Part shown: piece by piece, positions 51,670 to 61,404 of the stretch
Position numbering within the stretch: position 1 is the first letter of the stretch
Layout: every line of letters begins with the position of its first letter
Source: an uncultured Solirubrobacteraceae bacterium
Lineage (GTDB): Bacteria > Actinomycetota > Thermoleophilia > Solirubrobacterales > Solirubrobacteraceae
NCBI GenBank assembly: GCA_963722435.1
Contig: CAVRKZ010000001.1
Span: forward strand, 1,396,672-1,460,671
Length of the DNA stretch: 64,000 nt
Direction of reading: 5' to 3'
Notes under the pieces: generated by a model
What the model saw: the letters and a program-made list of their open reading frames with translations, nothing else
Databases searched by the model: none
Told to the model about the DNA's origin: nothing
Program-made: the position numbers and the translations under genes

Positions 51670-52395
51670 GTGCGACAGTTCTCCGATCCCCATCTCGCAG
51701 CGCTCGCCGTGCTCGCGCTCGCCGCCGTGCTCGCAGTGTGGGCCCCCCGTCGGTACCCCGGTCTCTGGACCGTCCCCGTCTCGCGCGCGCTCGCGTTGGT
51801 CATCTTCGCCGCCTGGGCCGGTGAGTACGCGGTCGACATAGCGCGCGGCACGTGGAGCGTGCGCTACACCTTGCCGCTACAGCTGACCGACGCGATCTCG
51901 CTGGCGTCGATCGTGGCGCTGTGGACGCGGCGGATGGCCTTCGTCGAGCTGTGCTACTTCTGGTCGCTCACGGCATCGCTGCAGGCAACGCTCACGCCCG
52001 ATCTGGCAGTGAGCTTCCCGAGCATCTACTACTTCACGTACTTCACCTACCACATCGGTGCGATCGTCGCCGCCTGCCTGCTGGTGTTCGGCTGCGGGCT
52101 GTACCCCCGCGCCGGGGCCGTGCGGCGCGTGTACGTTGCGACACTCCTCTGGAGCGCGATCGCCGCCAGCGCCGACCTGCTCAGCGGCGGTAACTACATG
52201 TACTTGAGCGAAAAGCCCGAACACAGCTCGCTGCTCAGCGTGCTGGGCCCGTGGCCATGGTACATCGGCTCCACCGCGCTGCTCGCGCTTGCGCTGTTGC
52301 TCGCCGTAGGGCTGCTCGCCGAGTGGGCAGCGCGCAGGCTTCCCGGTAGTCTCGAAGGCACCTCGTCAAGCCAGGTTCGGGAGGAGATCCGATGA
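51670..52395 (+). CDS. TIGR02206/YwaF-like integral membrane protein
   Basis: LPLQLTD, LTPDL, NYMYL, LGPWPWY. Confidence 0.85.
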   Translation: MRQFSDPHLAALAVLALAAVLAVWAPRRYPGLWTVPVSRALALVIFAAWAGEYAVDIARGTWSVRYTLPLQLTDAISLASIVALWTRRMAFVELCYFWSLTASLQATLTPDLAVSFPSIYYFTYFTYHIGAIVAACLLVFGCGLYPRAGAVRRVYVATLLWSAIAASADLLSGGNYMYLSEKPEHSSLLSVLGPWPWYIGSTALLALALLLAVGLLAEWAARRLPGSLEGTSSSQVREEIR

Positions 52396-53204
52396 GCGAA
52401 GTGGTGCAGATACAGGTGCAAGACGGCGTGGCGCTGTTGACGCTCAACCGCCCCGAGCGCCTGAACGCATGGACCGAGGAGATGGAGAACACCTACTTCG
52501 ATCTGCTCGAGCGCTGCGCCGGCGACGAGCAGGTTCGCGTGATCGTCGTGACGGGCGCTGGGCGCGGCTTCTGCGCGGGAGCCGACATGCAGCGGCTGCA
52601 GGCGCTCGGCAACGGGACCGCCGAGGCATCCCACACCCTCACGGGCACAGGCGAGCCTCGCGAGCGCCGCCCGCAGAGCCTTCCGCTGTCGATCGGCAAG
52701 CCGATCATCGCGGCGATCAACGGTCCATGCGCGGGCATCGGGCTCGTACAGGCCTTGATGTGCGACCTGCGCTTCGCCGCCGAGGGGGCCAAGCTGACGA
52801 GTGCCTTCTCGCGCCGCGGGCTGGTCGCCGAGCACGGCATCTCCTGGCTTTTGCCACGACTCGTGGGCCCGGCGCGGGCACTCGATCTGCTCCTCTCAGC
52901 ACGCGTGGTGCTCGCCGAGGAGGCGGCCGCGCTTGGCCTGGTAAACCGCGTGCTGGCTCCCGAGGCGCTGCTCGAGACGACCCTCGCGTACGCCCACGAG
53001 CTCGTCGTCAACTGCTCGCCCTCGAGCATGGCGACGATGAAGCGCCAGATCTACACCGACCTCGAGCGCACCCTGCCCGAGGCGCTCGCCGAGGCCGACC
53101 GCCTGATGCTCGCGTCCTTCAGTGCGCCGGACTTCACGGAGGGCGTGGCGAGCTTCCTCGAGCGGCGCGAGCCGCGCTTCACAGCCATCGGCGCGCGCTC
53201 GTAG
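52392..53204 (+). CDS. Enoyl-CoA hydratase/isomerase family protein
   Basis: LNRPERLNA, FCAGAD, KPIIAAING. Confidence 0.93.
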   Translation: MSEVVQIQVQDGVALLTLNRPERLNAWTEEMENTYFDLLERCAGDEQVRVIVVTGAGRGFCAGADMQRLQALGNGTAEASHTLTGTGEPRERRPQSLPLSIGKPIIAAINGPCAGIGLVQALMCDLRFAAEGAKLTSAFSRRGLVAEHGISWLLPRLVGPARALDLLLSARVVLAEEAAALGLVNRVLAPEALLETTLAYAHELVVNCSPSSMATMKRQIYTDLERTLPEALAEADRLMLASFSAPDFTEGVASFLERREPRFTAIGARS

Positions 53205-53213
53205 GTGTAGGCC

Positions 53214-53965
53214 CTAGCTACCAGAGATGCCCGCCGGCGCGGGCTGCGAGCGCACCTTCACGCCGGCGAGCTCGATCTCCTGCGCGCCACCTGGCAGGCC
53301 CGAGGGAAGCGAGACGGAGATCTCTACGAGGCCTTCGTCTAGCTCGCTCGCCGCGGGCACGAAGCGAACGTCCGCCCCATCGAGACGAAGCAGCGGCGCC
53401 CCCTCGCGCTCACCGCTAGCCACGCCGAGCACCCGCCCCCAGCGCCCGCACACGGCGTCCGGCTCGGCGACCGCGAGGGTGATCCCCGCGAGCCGCCCCG
53501 GAGCGCCCTCCCCACTCTCCCGGTCCACTCCGGGCCGCCCCAGCGCCAAGTGCCATACGGCTCCGAGCGGTCGATCGAGACGATCGCGCCGCGCATGTCC
53601 GCGGGGTGCAGATGCGTACCGGAGATGTCTGGCAGATCGATCTGCCAGACGACGCGCACGCCGGCATCGTGCGCACGCGAGCGCGCGCCCTCGAGGTCCT
53701 CGACGTCGAAGATGACCATGTAGCCCCCGTCGCCGCCGTGGCGCTCGAGGTAGCGACCGGCCGCTGTCTGCGAGCGCACCGGCGAGATGACCTCGAGGAA
53801 CGCGTCCCCCAGCGAGAACACCGTGTTCGCCAGCCCGAACTCAGCCACCCCCGGATCGCGAAACGGCTCCCCGAGCCCAAGTGCCGCGCGGAGCGCGGAG
53901 GCGACCGGCTCGAGCTCGCCCGCCACCAGCACGGCCTGGCGCAGACGTATCCGGGGTCCATCCAC
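53214..53965 (-). pseudogene. VOC/glyoxalase-like gene split by an apparent 1-nt deletion near 53510 (pseudogene or sequencing error)
   Basis: The N-terminal frame (RLRQAVLV...WRWGGPEWTGRVG) continues in another frame (EGAPGRLAGITLAV...); the junction is a G4 run. Confidence 0.75.
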
Positions 53966-54072
53966 AGTGACGCTAACCCTAGCCGGGAGATCTGAAAGCT
54001 GGCGCCTTCCGGCTCGAGCGCGCCGGCTCGAGGCGCTCCGGTGCGACCGCGCACGTGCCTACCATGGGGCTG

Positions 54073-54732
54073 ATGTCTCGTCATCCGATCCACACGCTCA
54101 CCGGGCTGCTCGTCGCGACCGCCGCCGCTGGCGCGCTCGGCGGCTGCGGCTCACAGACGCAGACGGTCTCGGTCTCCGGCACTCCGAGCGTTGCCCACGG
54201 CGCGAGCGCCTCGACAGGCGCGAGCGGCGCCACGAGCGCGCCGACGAGCACCAGCCCCCCGTCCGCGACCACCTCAACCGCCGCCGCTTCGGCCAGCGCG
54301 ACGCGCACGGCCACCGAGCCCGCGTTTGCGCACGGCGAAACGCAGGCCGAAGGGCTCGCGCAGGCGCTCGCCGTGCTCCACGAACGGGGCTATGGTGCCG
54401 CGGACACCTCCCAGTATCACGCGGGTCAAACCCTGCGCGTGCTGATCGGCACCAAGAGCCCTGCGGTTGGCGGCTATGACCAGCAGGCGTTCTTCTTCAT
54501 CGGCAGCCGCTTCCTTGGCACCGATACCAAGGAACCAAGCGCGACGGTCGAAGTGCTCGAACAGGGCGCCACGGAAATCACGCTCGGCTACGCGCTCTAC
54601 CGTGCCAGCGGCGCCAGCTCGAGCCCGACCGGCGCTCACGCGACGGTGCGCTTCCAGCTCAACGACGGAAAACTGACCGCGCTCGACCCGATTCCTCCTG
54701 CCAGCTCGCCTGACGCGTCGAGCAGGCTGTAG
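54073..54732 (+). CDS. LppP/LprE-like lipoprotein
   Basis: Lipobox LGGC, S/T/A linker, QQAFFF..RFLGTD domain; TACCAT 7 nt before the ATG. Confidence 0.8.
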   Translation: MSRHPIHTLTGLLVATAAAGALGGCGSQTQTVSVSGTPSVAHGASASTGASGATSAPTSTSPPSATTSTAAASASATRTATEPAFAHGETQAEGLAQALAVLHERGYGAADTSQYHAGQTLRVLIGTKSPAVGGYDQQAFFFIGSRFLGTDTKEPSATVEVLEQGATEITLGYALYRASGASSSPTGAHATVRFQLNDGKLTALDPIPPASSPDASSRL

Positions 54733-54793
54733 CCCTCGCTGAGAGCGCTCCCGAAAGCTCAAGGGCGCGCCGATTTTGGCCGATCGCGCCTAT

Positions 54794-56944
54794 ATGGACA
54801 GCAATGGTGCGCACGGGCGCGCGCAGGGGGACCCTGAGCGCCGAAGCGCCGAAGCCGCGCAGGAGGACTCCAGCCGACACATCTCCTGCTCTATGACGAG
54901 CGTGATCGTGCGGCTCGTGCGAAGCCACGGCGGCGAGGCCGCGCTCGCCCAGCTGCTCCAGCAGGCCGGCAGCGCCCGCGTGTCCTCCTACCTCGAAGAC
55001 GCGGACAACTGGGTCTCCCAAGAGGAGGTCTCAGCCCTCCTGCAAACCGGGGTGGCGCTGACCGGCGACCCCTCCTTCGCGACGCACGTGGGCGAAGAGA
55101 TGGCGGTACAGCACGCCGGCACACAGGTCGCCACGTTGCTGCGCTCGCTCGGCTCCGTCGAGGCGGTGCTGCAGGCCGTGGCGCAAACGGCGGGACGGTT
55201 TACGACGACGACCGAACTGGAGGCGATCGAGGTCGCCCCGGGGAGGGCCACGATCCGGGCCGTCGCGCGCGAGGGCTTCACGCGCAACACGCAGACGTGC
55301 GAACTGACTAGCGGCCTGCTCACGGGCGCGCCGAGGCTGTTCGGGCTCCCGCAGGCGAACGTCGAGCAGAGCGAATGCCAGGCGCGCGGTGACGCTCAGT
55401 GCCTTTACACGGTCACCTGGGACGCCGAGCAGGCGGCCGCCGCCGCCGACCCGCAGCAGCGCGTCACAGCGCTCGAGGGCCAGCTGCTGGCGATGTCGCG
55501 GCGACTGCACAACGTGTATGGGATCGCCGGCGATCTCGTCTCGACCGAGGACCTCGACACCGTCCTGCGCCGCATCGTCGAGCGCGCCGCAGACGCCGTG
55601 CGCGCCCCCAGCCACATCCTCGCGGTACGCCCGGACCCGACCGCGCAGCTACAGGTCTACAGACGCGGCATCGGCGAGGGCGACGCCCAGGAGATCGCAC
55701 GCGCGGCGCTCGAGGGCGAGCGGCTGCCGGGTAGCTCGGCACTCGTCGTTGACGTGAACTCGGGCCGACGCAGGTACGGAAAGCTGATCGCTCACTTCCC
55801 GGCCAAGGTCCAGTTCTTCTCGCAGGAACGCGAGCTGCTCGGCCTGTACGCAAAGCACGCCGCCGCCGTGCTCGACATGGCGCTCGCGCTGCAGGAGTCG
55901 GCCAGCCGTCACGCGCAGGTGAGCTCGCTGCTAGCGCTCTCTCACGCGCTCGCCGACGCGGGCTCGAGCGTCGAGGTCGCCGAGCGCCTCGCGGCGGCCG
56001 CCCCCCAGGTCGTGGACTGCGACCGCATGACCGTATGGCTGTGGGACGGCCTCGCGCGTTGCCTGCGCTCGGGCTCGTCCTGGAAGCGCACGCCCGCGAT
56101 GGTCGTGCTCGACCGTGAGATCACGATCTCCGCAGCTGACACAGAGGTGCTCCAGCGCATGCTCGCCGACCCCCAGCCGCTGTTCTGCGACCAGTCCGAC
56201 GCAGACGCCTTCACCGCGCAGCTGATGGACTCGCTTGGCATGGTCGCGTTGGCGATCGTCCCGATCGTCGCACGCGACGTCTTCCTCGGCGTGCTCACCG
56301 CGGGCGTGATCGAACGCCCCGAGCGCATGCGCCGCGACGACGATCTGCTGCGCCGCCTCACGGGCGTCGCCGCGCTCGCCGCGCCGGCCCTGCAGAACGG
56401 CCAGCTGGTAGACCAGCTGCGCTACAAGGCGAGCCACGACAGTCTCACGGGGCTGCTCAACCGCGTCGGCTTCAGGCAGCAGATCGACCGCACTCTGCAA
56501 AGGGTCGAAGACGGAGGCAGCCGCGTCGGGCTGCTGTTCATCGACCTCAACGACTTCAAGCAGGTCAACGACGTGCACGGCCACGACAACGGCGATGAGC
56601 TGCTGCGACTGGCCGGCGGACGGCTGCGCTCGATCTGTCGCGGCGAAGACGACGTCGCGCGGCTGGGGGGAGATGAGTTCGCGGTCATCCTCGCGGACGT
56701 CCGCGAGGACGAGCAGGTGCATGCCGCCGAACGGCGCGTGCGCGAGGCCTTCAGCAAGTCCTTCCAGGTCAACCACATCGCGATCTCGGTCGGCGCGAGC
56801 GTCGGCGGCGGAGTCTGGCCAGACGACGGCTACACCGTCGGCGATCTGGTCAGGCGAGCCGACTCGGCAATGTACGCGGACAAGGCGCGTATCAGGCGCG
56901 AACACGTGCTCCTCGCAGGGGCCCCAGCCGACGGCGCCGCCTAG
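54794..56944 (+). CDS. Diguanylate cyclase with V4R/H-NOX-like N-terminus and GAF domains
   Basis: ECQARGDAQCLY (V4R-like), GAF-like segments, HDSLTGLLNR, RGED..RLGGDEF. Confidence 0.9.
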   Translation: MDSNGAHGRAQGDPERRSAEAAQEDSSRHISCSMTSVIVRLVRSHGGEAALAQLLQQAGSARVSSYLEDADNWVSQEEVSALLQTGVALTGDPSFATHVGEEMAVQHAGTQVATLLRSLGSVEAVLQAVAQTAGRFTTTTELEAIEVAPGRATIRAVAREGFTRNTQTCELTSGLLTGAPRLFGLPQANVEQSECQARGDAQCLYTVTWDAEQAAAAADPQQRVTALEGQLLAMSRRLHNVYGIAGDLVSTEDLDTVLRRIVERAADAVRAPSHILAVRPDPTAQLQVYRRGIGEGDAQEIARAALEGERLPGSSALVVDVNSGRRRYGKLIAHFPAKVQFFSQERELLGLYAKHAAAVLDMALALQESASRHAQVSSLLALSHALADAGSSVEVAERLAAAAPQVVDCDRMTVWLWDGLARCLRSGSSWKRTPAMVVLDREITISAADTEVLQRMLADPQPLFCDQSDADAFTAQLMDSLGMVALAIVPIVARDVFLGVLTAGVIERPERMRRDDDLLRRLTGVAALAAPALQNGQLVDQLRYKASHDSLTGLLNRVGFRQQIDRTLQRVEDGGSRVGLLFIDLNDFKQVNDVHGHDNGDELLRLAGGRLRSICRGEDDVARLGGDEFAVILADVREDEQVHAAERRVREAFSKSFQVNHIAISVGASVGGGVWPDDGYTVGDLVRRADSAMYADKARIRREHVLLAGAPADGAA

Positions 56945-56964
56945 GCGCGCACGGCCAGCTCGGG

Positions 56965-57246
56965 CTAGTGTCCTGCGCGGCGCAGCAGCCGCGACCACAG
57001 CGAGGGAGCTCGCGGCTGGCGAGCCAGCCACTCGTCTTTGAGCACGAGCTCGCCGCTCGTGCGTGCCCTCATGACGCACTCGATGTGCGCGTGACGGCGA
57101 CGGCGTGGGTCTCCTTCGGGCGCGATCAGCATATGCTCGCTGAGGGCGGGGAGATGACGACCACAAACAGGACAGCGATACGTCGACGGCTTGCGGTTCG
57201 AGGCCTGACGCACGGTCCACCACGGCGCGCGCGGAAGATCGGACAC
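56965..57246 (-). CDS. Small Zn-finger-like hypothetical protein
   Basis: YRCPVC...H...RRHAHIEC pattern. Confidence 0.7.
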   Translation of the reverse strand: MSDLPRAPWWTVRQASNRKPSTYRCPVCGRHLPALSEHMLIAPEGDPRRRRHAHIECVMRARTSGELVLKDEWLARQPRAPSLWSRLLRRAGH

Positions 57247-57255
57247 GGCTCCATT

Positions 57256-58398
57256 GTGACGCCGCTGGCCGCCACGCTCGCCACGAGCATGGCGATCGGG
57301 ATCGGAATCTCCCTGGCGCGCTCCGAGCGCCAGCGCCAGCGCGGGCGCGCGCGACGCGCGCAGGACGAGCGGCTGGGCCTACACCCCGCGGAGACGCTCG
57401 CGCAAGGCCTGCACCGGATGGCCCTGGCGCAGGTCGAGCTCGTGCTCGAGCTGTTGGACGCTCGCAATCCGACGCCGCGCGAGCAGCGCGTACCCGACGA
57501 GCGCGCTGTGCACGAGACGCGCAAGGCGATCAAGCGCCTGCGCGCGCTGCTGCGAGTGCTGCGCGGAGAGCTCGGTGAGCGCGCGTATGAGCGCGAGAAC
57601 GCAGCGCTCCGCGAGATCGCGCGCAGGCTCTCGGGAGCGCGCGATGCGACGGTCATGCTCGCGACCCTCGACGGGCTGATCGAGCGACATCCGCACAAGC
57701 TCTCTGACCGCCCCGGCGTGCTCGCGCTGCGTCGGCGGCTGCTCGCGGAGAGCGCGCGCACGCAACGGGTGATCCTGGCAGACCCGGTCGTGCGCGCCGA
57801 GGTGATCGGCGAGCTGCAGGCGCTGCGCTGGCGGATCGCCGCGTGGGCGCTTCCCGCCGGAGGCGGGTTCGAGCTGATCGACACCGATCTGCAGCGCCTG
57901 TACCGCCAGGGCTCGAGGCGCCTGCGCCGCGCCGCGCGCGGGCACGGCGGGCGCAGCCGCGCTCTGCACAGATGGCGCACGCGCGTCAAGGACCTGCGCT
58001 ACGCGGCCGAGATGCTCGAGCGACGGACGCCCGCCGGTGGCCGGGGCAACGGCGCCCGCGCGGCTAAGAAGGGCGTACGCCGCCAACACCAGAAGCGCCT
58101 GCACGCGATCGCCACACGCGCGGATGAGCTCGGCGAACTGCTCGGCGAGGAGCACGACCTGGCCGTGCTCGCCGAGCGCTTGCGCGCCGCCCGGTCGGGC
58201 AAGAAGTCCGCGCACGAGGAGCTCTGGCGCACGGGCAGGCGCACGCGCGTGACGCTGCTCGAGCTGATCGCCAAGCGCCGACGCACCTTGCGGCGGCGCG
58301 CCCTGCGCAGGGGAGAGCGCCTCTTTTGCATGAAACCGCGGCGGCTCGCGGGCGTGCTCCGGCGCGCCTACGAGGAGGTTGCCGGCGAGTCGCGCTGA
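57256..58398 (+). CDS. CHAD domain protein (polyphosphate-binding)
   Basis: VHETRKAIKRLRALL, LSGARD, LHRWRTRVKDLRY, LGEEHDL; start uncertain. Confidence 0.88.
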   Translation: MTPLAATLATSMAIGIGISLARSERQRQRGRARRAQDERLGLHPAETLAQGLHRMALAQVELVLELLDARNPTPREQRVPDERAVHETRKAIKRLRALLRVLRGELGERAYERENAALREIARRLSGARDATVMLATLDGLIERHPHKLSDRPGVLALRRRLLAESARTQRVILADPVVRAEVIGELQALRWRIAAWALPAGGGFELIDTDLQRLYRQGSRRLRRAARGHGGRSRALHRWRTRVKDLRYAAEMLERRTPAGGRGNGARAAKKGVRRQHQKRLHAIATRADELGELLGEEHDLAVLAERLRAARSGKKSAHEELWRTGRRTRVTLLELIAKRRRTLRRRALRRGERLFCMKPRRLAGVLRRAYEEVAGESR

Positions 58399-58459
58399 GC
58401 GCGTCGGTGCGGCTGCGCGCAGGGCGCCTGGAGCCGGCGGGGCCGGCCGGCGCCAGCTG

Positions 58460-58930
58460 CTAGCGCACGCTTACGACCGTGAGCGTGCGCGTGCGCTTTG
58501 GCAGCGTGACGGTGGTCTGCTCGCCGGCTGCGCGCCCGAACAGCGCCGTGCCCAGTGGCGATTCCACCGACACGCGCCCCTCCCGCGGCGCCGCGTCGTG
58601 GGAGCTCACGATCTCCCAGGCTTCCTCCTGGCCATGCTCGTCGCGGACGGTCACGCTCGAGCCCAACCCGACCTTGCCCGCGCGCTCGGAGCTCTCGGAC
58701 ACCACCACGGCGCCCGTGATCTTCTCGCGCAGGCGGGCGATCTTCGTCTCCAGGTGCGCCTGATCGTTCTTCGCGTCGTGGTACTCGCTGTTCTCCTTCA
58801 GATCGCCCCATTCGCGCGCCGTTTTGATGCGCCCAGCGATCGTCCGCCGCCCCTCCCCCTCGAGCACGGCGAGCTCGGCTTCCATCGCCGCGAGCGCCTC
58901 GGCCGTCGTCAGCTTCACCGCCTCGCTCAT
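58460..58930 (-). CDS. greA: Transcription elongation factor GreA/GreB family
   Basis: GDLKENSEYHDAK, SVESPLG.AL. Confidence 0.92.
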   Translation of the reverse strand: MSEAVKLTTAEALAAMEAELAVLEGEGRRTIAGRIKTAREWGDLKENSEYHDAKNDQAHLETKIARLREKITGAVVVSESSERAGKVGLGSSVTVRDEHGQEEAWEIVSSHDAAPREGRVSVESPLGTALFGRAAGEQTTVTLPKRTRTLTVVSVR

Positions 58931-58973
58931 CCGTTGCAGCCTAGCCCCTTACGACGAGCACGCGCGCTCGTGA

Positions 58974-60338
58974 CTAGAAGTAGTCGCTTGCGGGGATCGA
59001 CAGCAGCGCGTAGTCCTGCACGATCGCCGTCTGCGTGAGTAGGTCCGCGCTGGGCGGCGAGCCGGTCACGAAGACGTAGTCGCTGAGGCGCTCGTTCTGC
59101 CAGGCGTAGTTGACGTATTCCTGCGCGAGGCCGGTGCCGGGTGGATCATGCGTGACCGAGTCCAGGTACATGAGGTTGCGCAGATACACCTCCACGAAGA
59201 ACGGGTTTTCCGCGATCAGGTGTTCGAGGCTGAAGTACGCGAGCGAGGCGGCTGCCGTCTGGCGCGCGAGCCACAGGTAGCCGCTGTTGTCGGTCGCCTG
59301 ATAGAGCAGCGTGCCGGCACCGATCATCGAGCCCTGGTTGTAGCTCCAGAGCGCCGGTTCGACGGCGCCTTTGCGCCCGATGTGGTCGGCGTAGAGGTAG
59401 GGGTTCGACGGCTCGGCGAGACACTGGCGCACCCAGTCATAGGCCTTTTCTGCGAACTGCAGGTACTGGATGTTGTGCGTCAGTTTGTAGAGCAGCGTGG
59501 CGAGCTCGGCGGCGGGAGCGGTCGTGACGGTGTTGCGTTCGTTGTCGGTGGACAGGTTCGAGAACGGAATCCCCCCCGGGCACGCGATGCCCGGGCCTTC
59601 CTGCCAGCCGGCCATCTCGAAGGCCATGATGCCCTCGGCGCTGCCCAGCAGGGCCTGCTTGTGCGTGAGCTGGTAAAGGCGGACGAGCTCGAGTGCCACC
59701 CAATCGTTGTCGTCGTAGTACTTGGCGCCCCCTGGACCCGTCGGCGGCGCCACCGTGCCGTCGAACGCTGCGAGCGTGCTCGTGTAGACCCCTTCCGCCG
59801 CGCCCGAGTTGTCGGTGTCCAGGTAGGAGTCCAGGCCCGTCAGGCGCGCGTCGATTTCCTTGTCGAGCTCGCTCCCGAGCTGAGCGCCGACGTGGGGTAT
59901 GAAGGAGACGCTCACCGTCGCCGCGAGCGCCTGCGAGAAGGGCCACAGGAAGGAATACGGTTCGCCCTGATACAGGCCAGAGCCTGCGATGTAGAAGTAT
60001 TTCTGCATCGCTTCGAAGGCCACGAGGGCGCGCGCGGGGTTGCCGTGGAGCGCTGGCTTTGCGGGCTTTGCGGGCTTTTTAGGCTGCGCGGGAGTCGAGG
60101 GAGCGGCGGTGGGATTCGGCTGCGCTGGCGCCGGGGAAGCGCCGGTGGACGAGAGCTCGGAGCGCCGCGCCGTAAAGGCCGGACGCGTCGCGCCAGCCGG
60201 ATATGGCGAGGGGCGCGCCGCTGCGGCGGCGGGAAGCGCCACCAGCGCCAGCAGCGACGCCAGCAACCAGGCCGGCAGCGAGGCCAGCAGTGCTCCGGGG
60301 GCTCGCACTCGGGGAGCGCGTTCGAGCTTGAGCATCAT
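58974..60338 (-). CDS. Secreted glycoside hydrolase family 76 (alpha-1,6-mannanase-like)
   Basis: YYDDNDW catalytic pair, WSYNQG; signal peptide and Pro-rich linker. Confidence 0.85.
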   Translation of the reverse strand: MMLKLERAPRVRAPGALLASLPAWLLASLLALVALPAAAAARPSPYPAGATRPAFTARRSELSSTGASPAPAQPNPTAAPSTPAQPKKPAKPAKPALHGNPARALVAFEAMQKYFYIAGSGLYQGEPYSFLWPFSQALAATVSVSFIPHVGAQLGSELDKEIDARLTGLDSYLDTDNSGAAEGVYTSTLAAFDGTVAPPTGPGGAKYYDDNDWVALELVRLYQLTHKQALLGSAEGIMAFEMAGWQEGPGIACPGGIPFSNLSTDNERNTVTTAPAAELATLLYKLTHNIQYLQFAEKAYDWVRQCLAEPSNPYLYADHIGRKGAVEPALWSYNQGSMIGAGTLLYQATDNSGYLWLARQTAAASLAYFSLEHLIAENPFFVEVYLRNLMYLDSVTHDPPGTGLAQEYVNYAWQNERLSDYVFVTGSPPSADLLTQTAIVQDYALLSIPASDYF

Positions 60339-60458
60339 CGACACAACAATCGGCTCGCGGATTCGATTTGGTATACGCGCGGCCCGCCACGCCGCCGGCC
60401 CACGCCCGAAGCGGCGCGCCGCGCGATTGTTCCACACTCACACCTACCGAGAGCTCGC

Positions 60459-61304
60459 TTGCAATACGACTACACGACCGTCGGGCATGTGACCATCGAC
60501 GTCCTCGATGACGGTTCGCGCCGCCCCGGCGGCACGGCGTTCTACAGCGCGCTGCAGGCAGCCCGCCTCGGGCGTCGCGCGCTCATCATCACCCGCGGCG
60601 ACCCCGCGGAGCTCGAGCGACTGCTCGAGCCCTACGCGGGCGAGCTGGAGCTGCAAGTGCAGCCGGCCGCCACCACGACTACGCTGCGCACGAGCGGTCA
60701 GGGCGAGGATCGTCGCCAGCGCGTGCTCGCGTGGGCGGGGCCGATCGGCGAGGACGTGCGCGTAGCGACCTCGATCCTGCACGTGGCACCCGTCGCGCGC
60801 GAGACGCCCTCGCACTGGCAGGGCGCGGCAGAGCTCGTCGGGCTGACGCCGCAGGGACTCGTGCGCACGTGGGATCCCAGCGCCGGCGCGGAGATCGCGC
60901 AGGGGCGACCCCCGCAGGGTGCGCTCGAGCTCGCCAGCCGCTGTGAGGCGATCGTGCTCAGCGAGTACGAGCGCGCCTCGTGTGCCGAGCTGATCGCGGC
61001 GGCCAGCGCAAATGGGGCGCTCGTCGCGGTCACGGCGGGAGCGCATCCCCTGACGCTGATCGTGCCAGGCAGCGAGCCCTTGGAGCTCGACGTGTTCGCC
61101 CACGAGCACCCGGTCGAGGACCTGGGCGCCGGTGACGTGTTCGCGGCCGCCTTCTTCATCGCCCTGCACGAGCGCCGCCCCGCGCGCGAGGCCGCCCGTT
61201 TCGCGGGCGCCGCCGCTGCCGTGCGCGTCGCGGGCGCCGGTGCCGGCGCGGTGGGCAATGGGGAGCAGATCGACGCGCGCCTGCGCCTCTCCCCGTATTC
61301 TTGA
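60459..61304 (+). CDS. PfkB family carbohydrate kinase (start approximate)
   Basis: VGHVTID, PGGTAFY, DLGAGDVF. Confidence 0.88.
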   Translation: MQYDYTTVGHVTIDVLDDGSRRPGGTAFYSALQAARLGRRALIITRGDPAELERLLEPYAGELELQVQPAATTTTLRTSGQGEDRRQRVLAWAGPIGEDVRVATSILHVAPVARETPSHWQGAAELVGLTPQGLVRTWDPSAGAEIAQGRPPQGALELASRCEAIVLSEYERASCAELIAAASANGALVAVTAGAHPLTLIVPGSEPLELDVFAHEHPVEDLGAGDVFAAAFFIALHERRPAREAARFAGAAAAVRVAGAGAGAVGNGEQIDARLRLSPYS

Positions 61305-61310
61305 GAATCT

Positions 61311-61397
61311 TGATATACTTGATGAACAACCCTCCTGATCCCTCCTCTGACTGGGCCGGCTCTTTAGCCGGCTCAGTCAGTTGTGGACCTGAGAGGA
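61311..61397 (+). promoter_or_regulatory. Extended -10 (TGaTATACT) plus structured leader or sRNA with two CCCUCCU motifs and a 15-bp hairpin
   Basis: CCCTCCT at 61330 and 61340; stem 61347-61361/61366-61380; SD GAGAGGA at 61391-61397. Confidence 0.6.
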
Positions 61398-61404
61398 TGC
61401 GCCG

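Noticed and set aside
59148-60458. 718-aa ORF suggesting a large PfkB fusion
   Set aside because: The first ~437 codons are antisense to the GH76 gene; only the C-terminal part is a kinase
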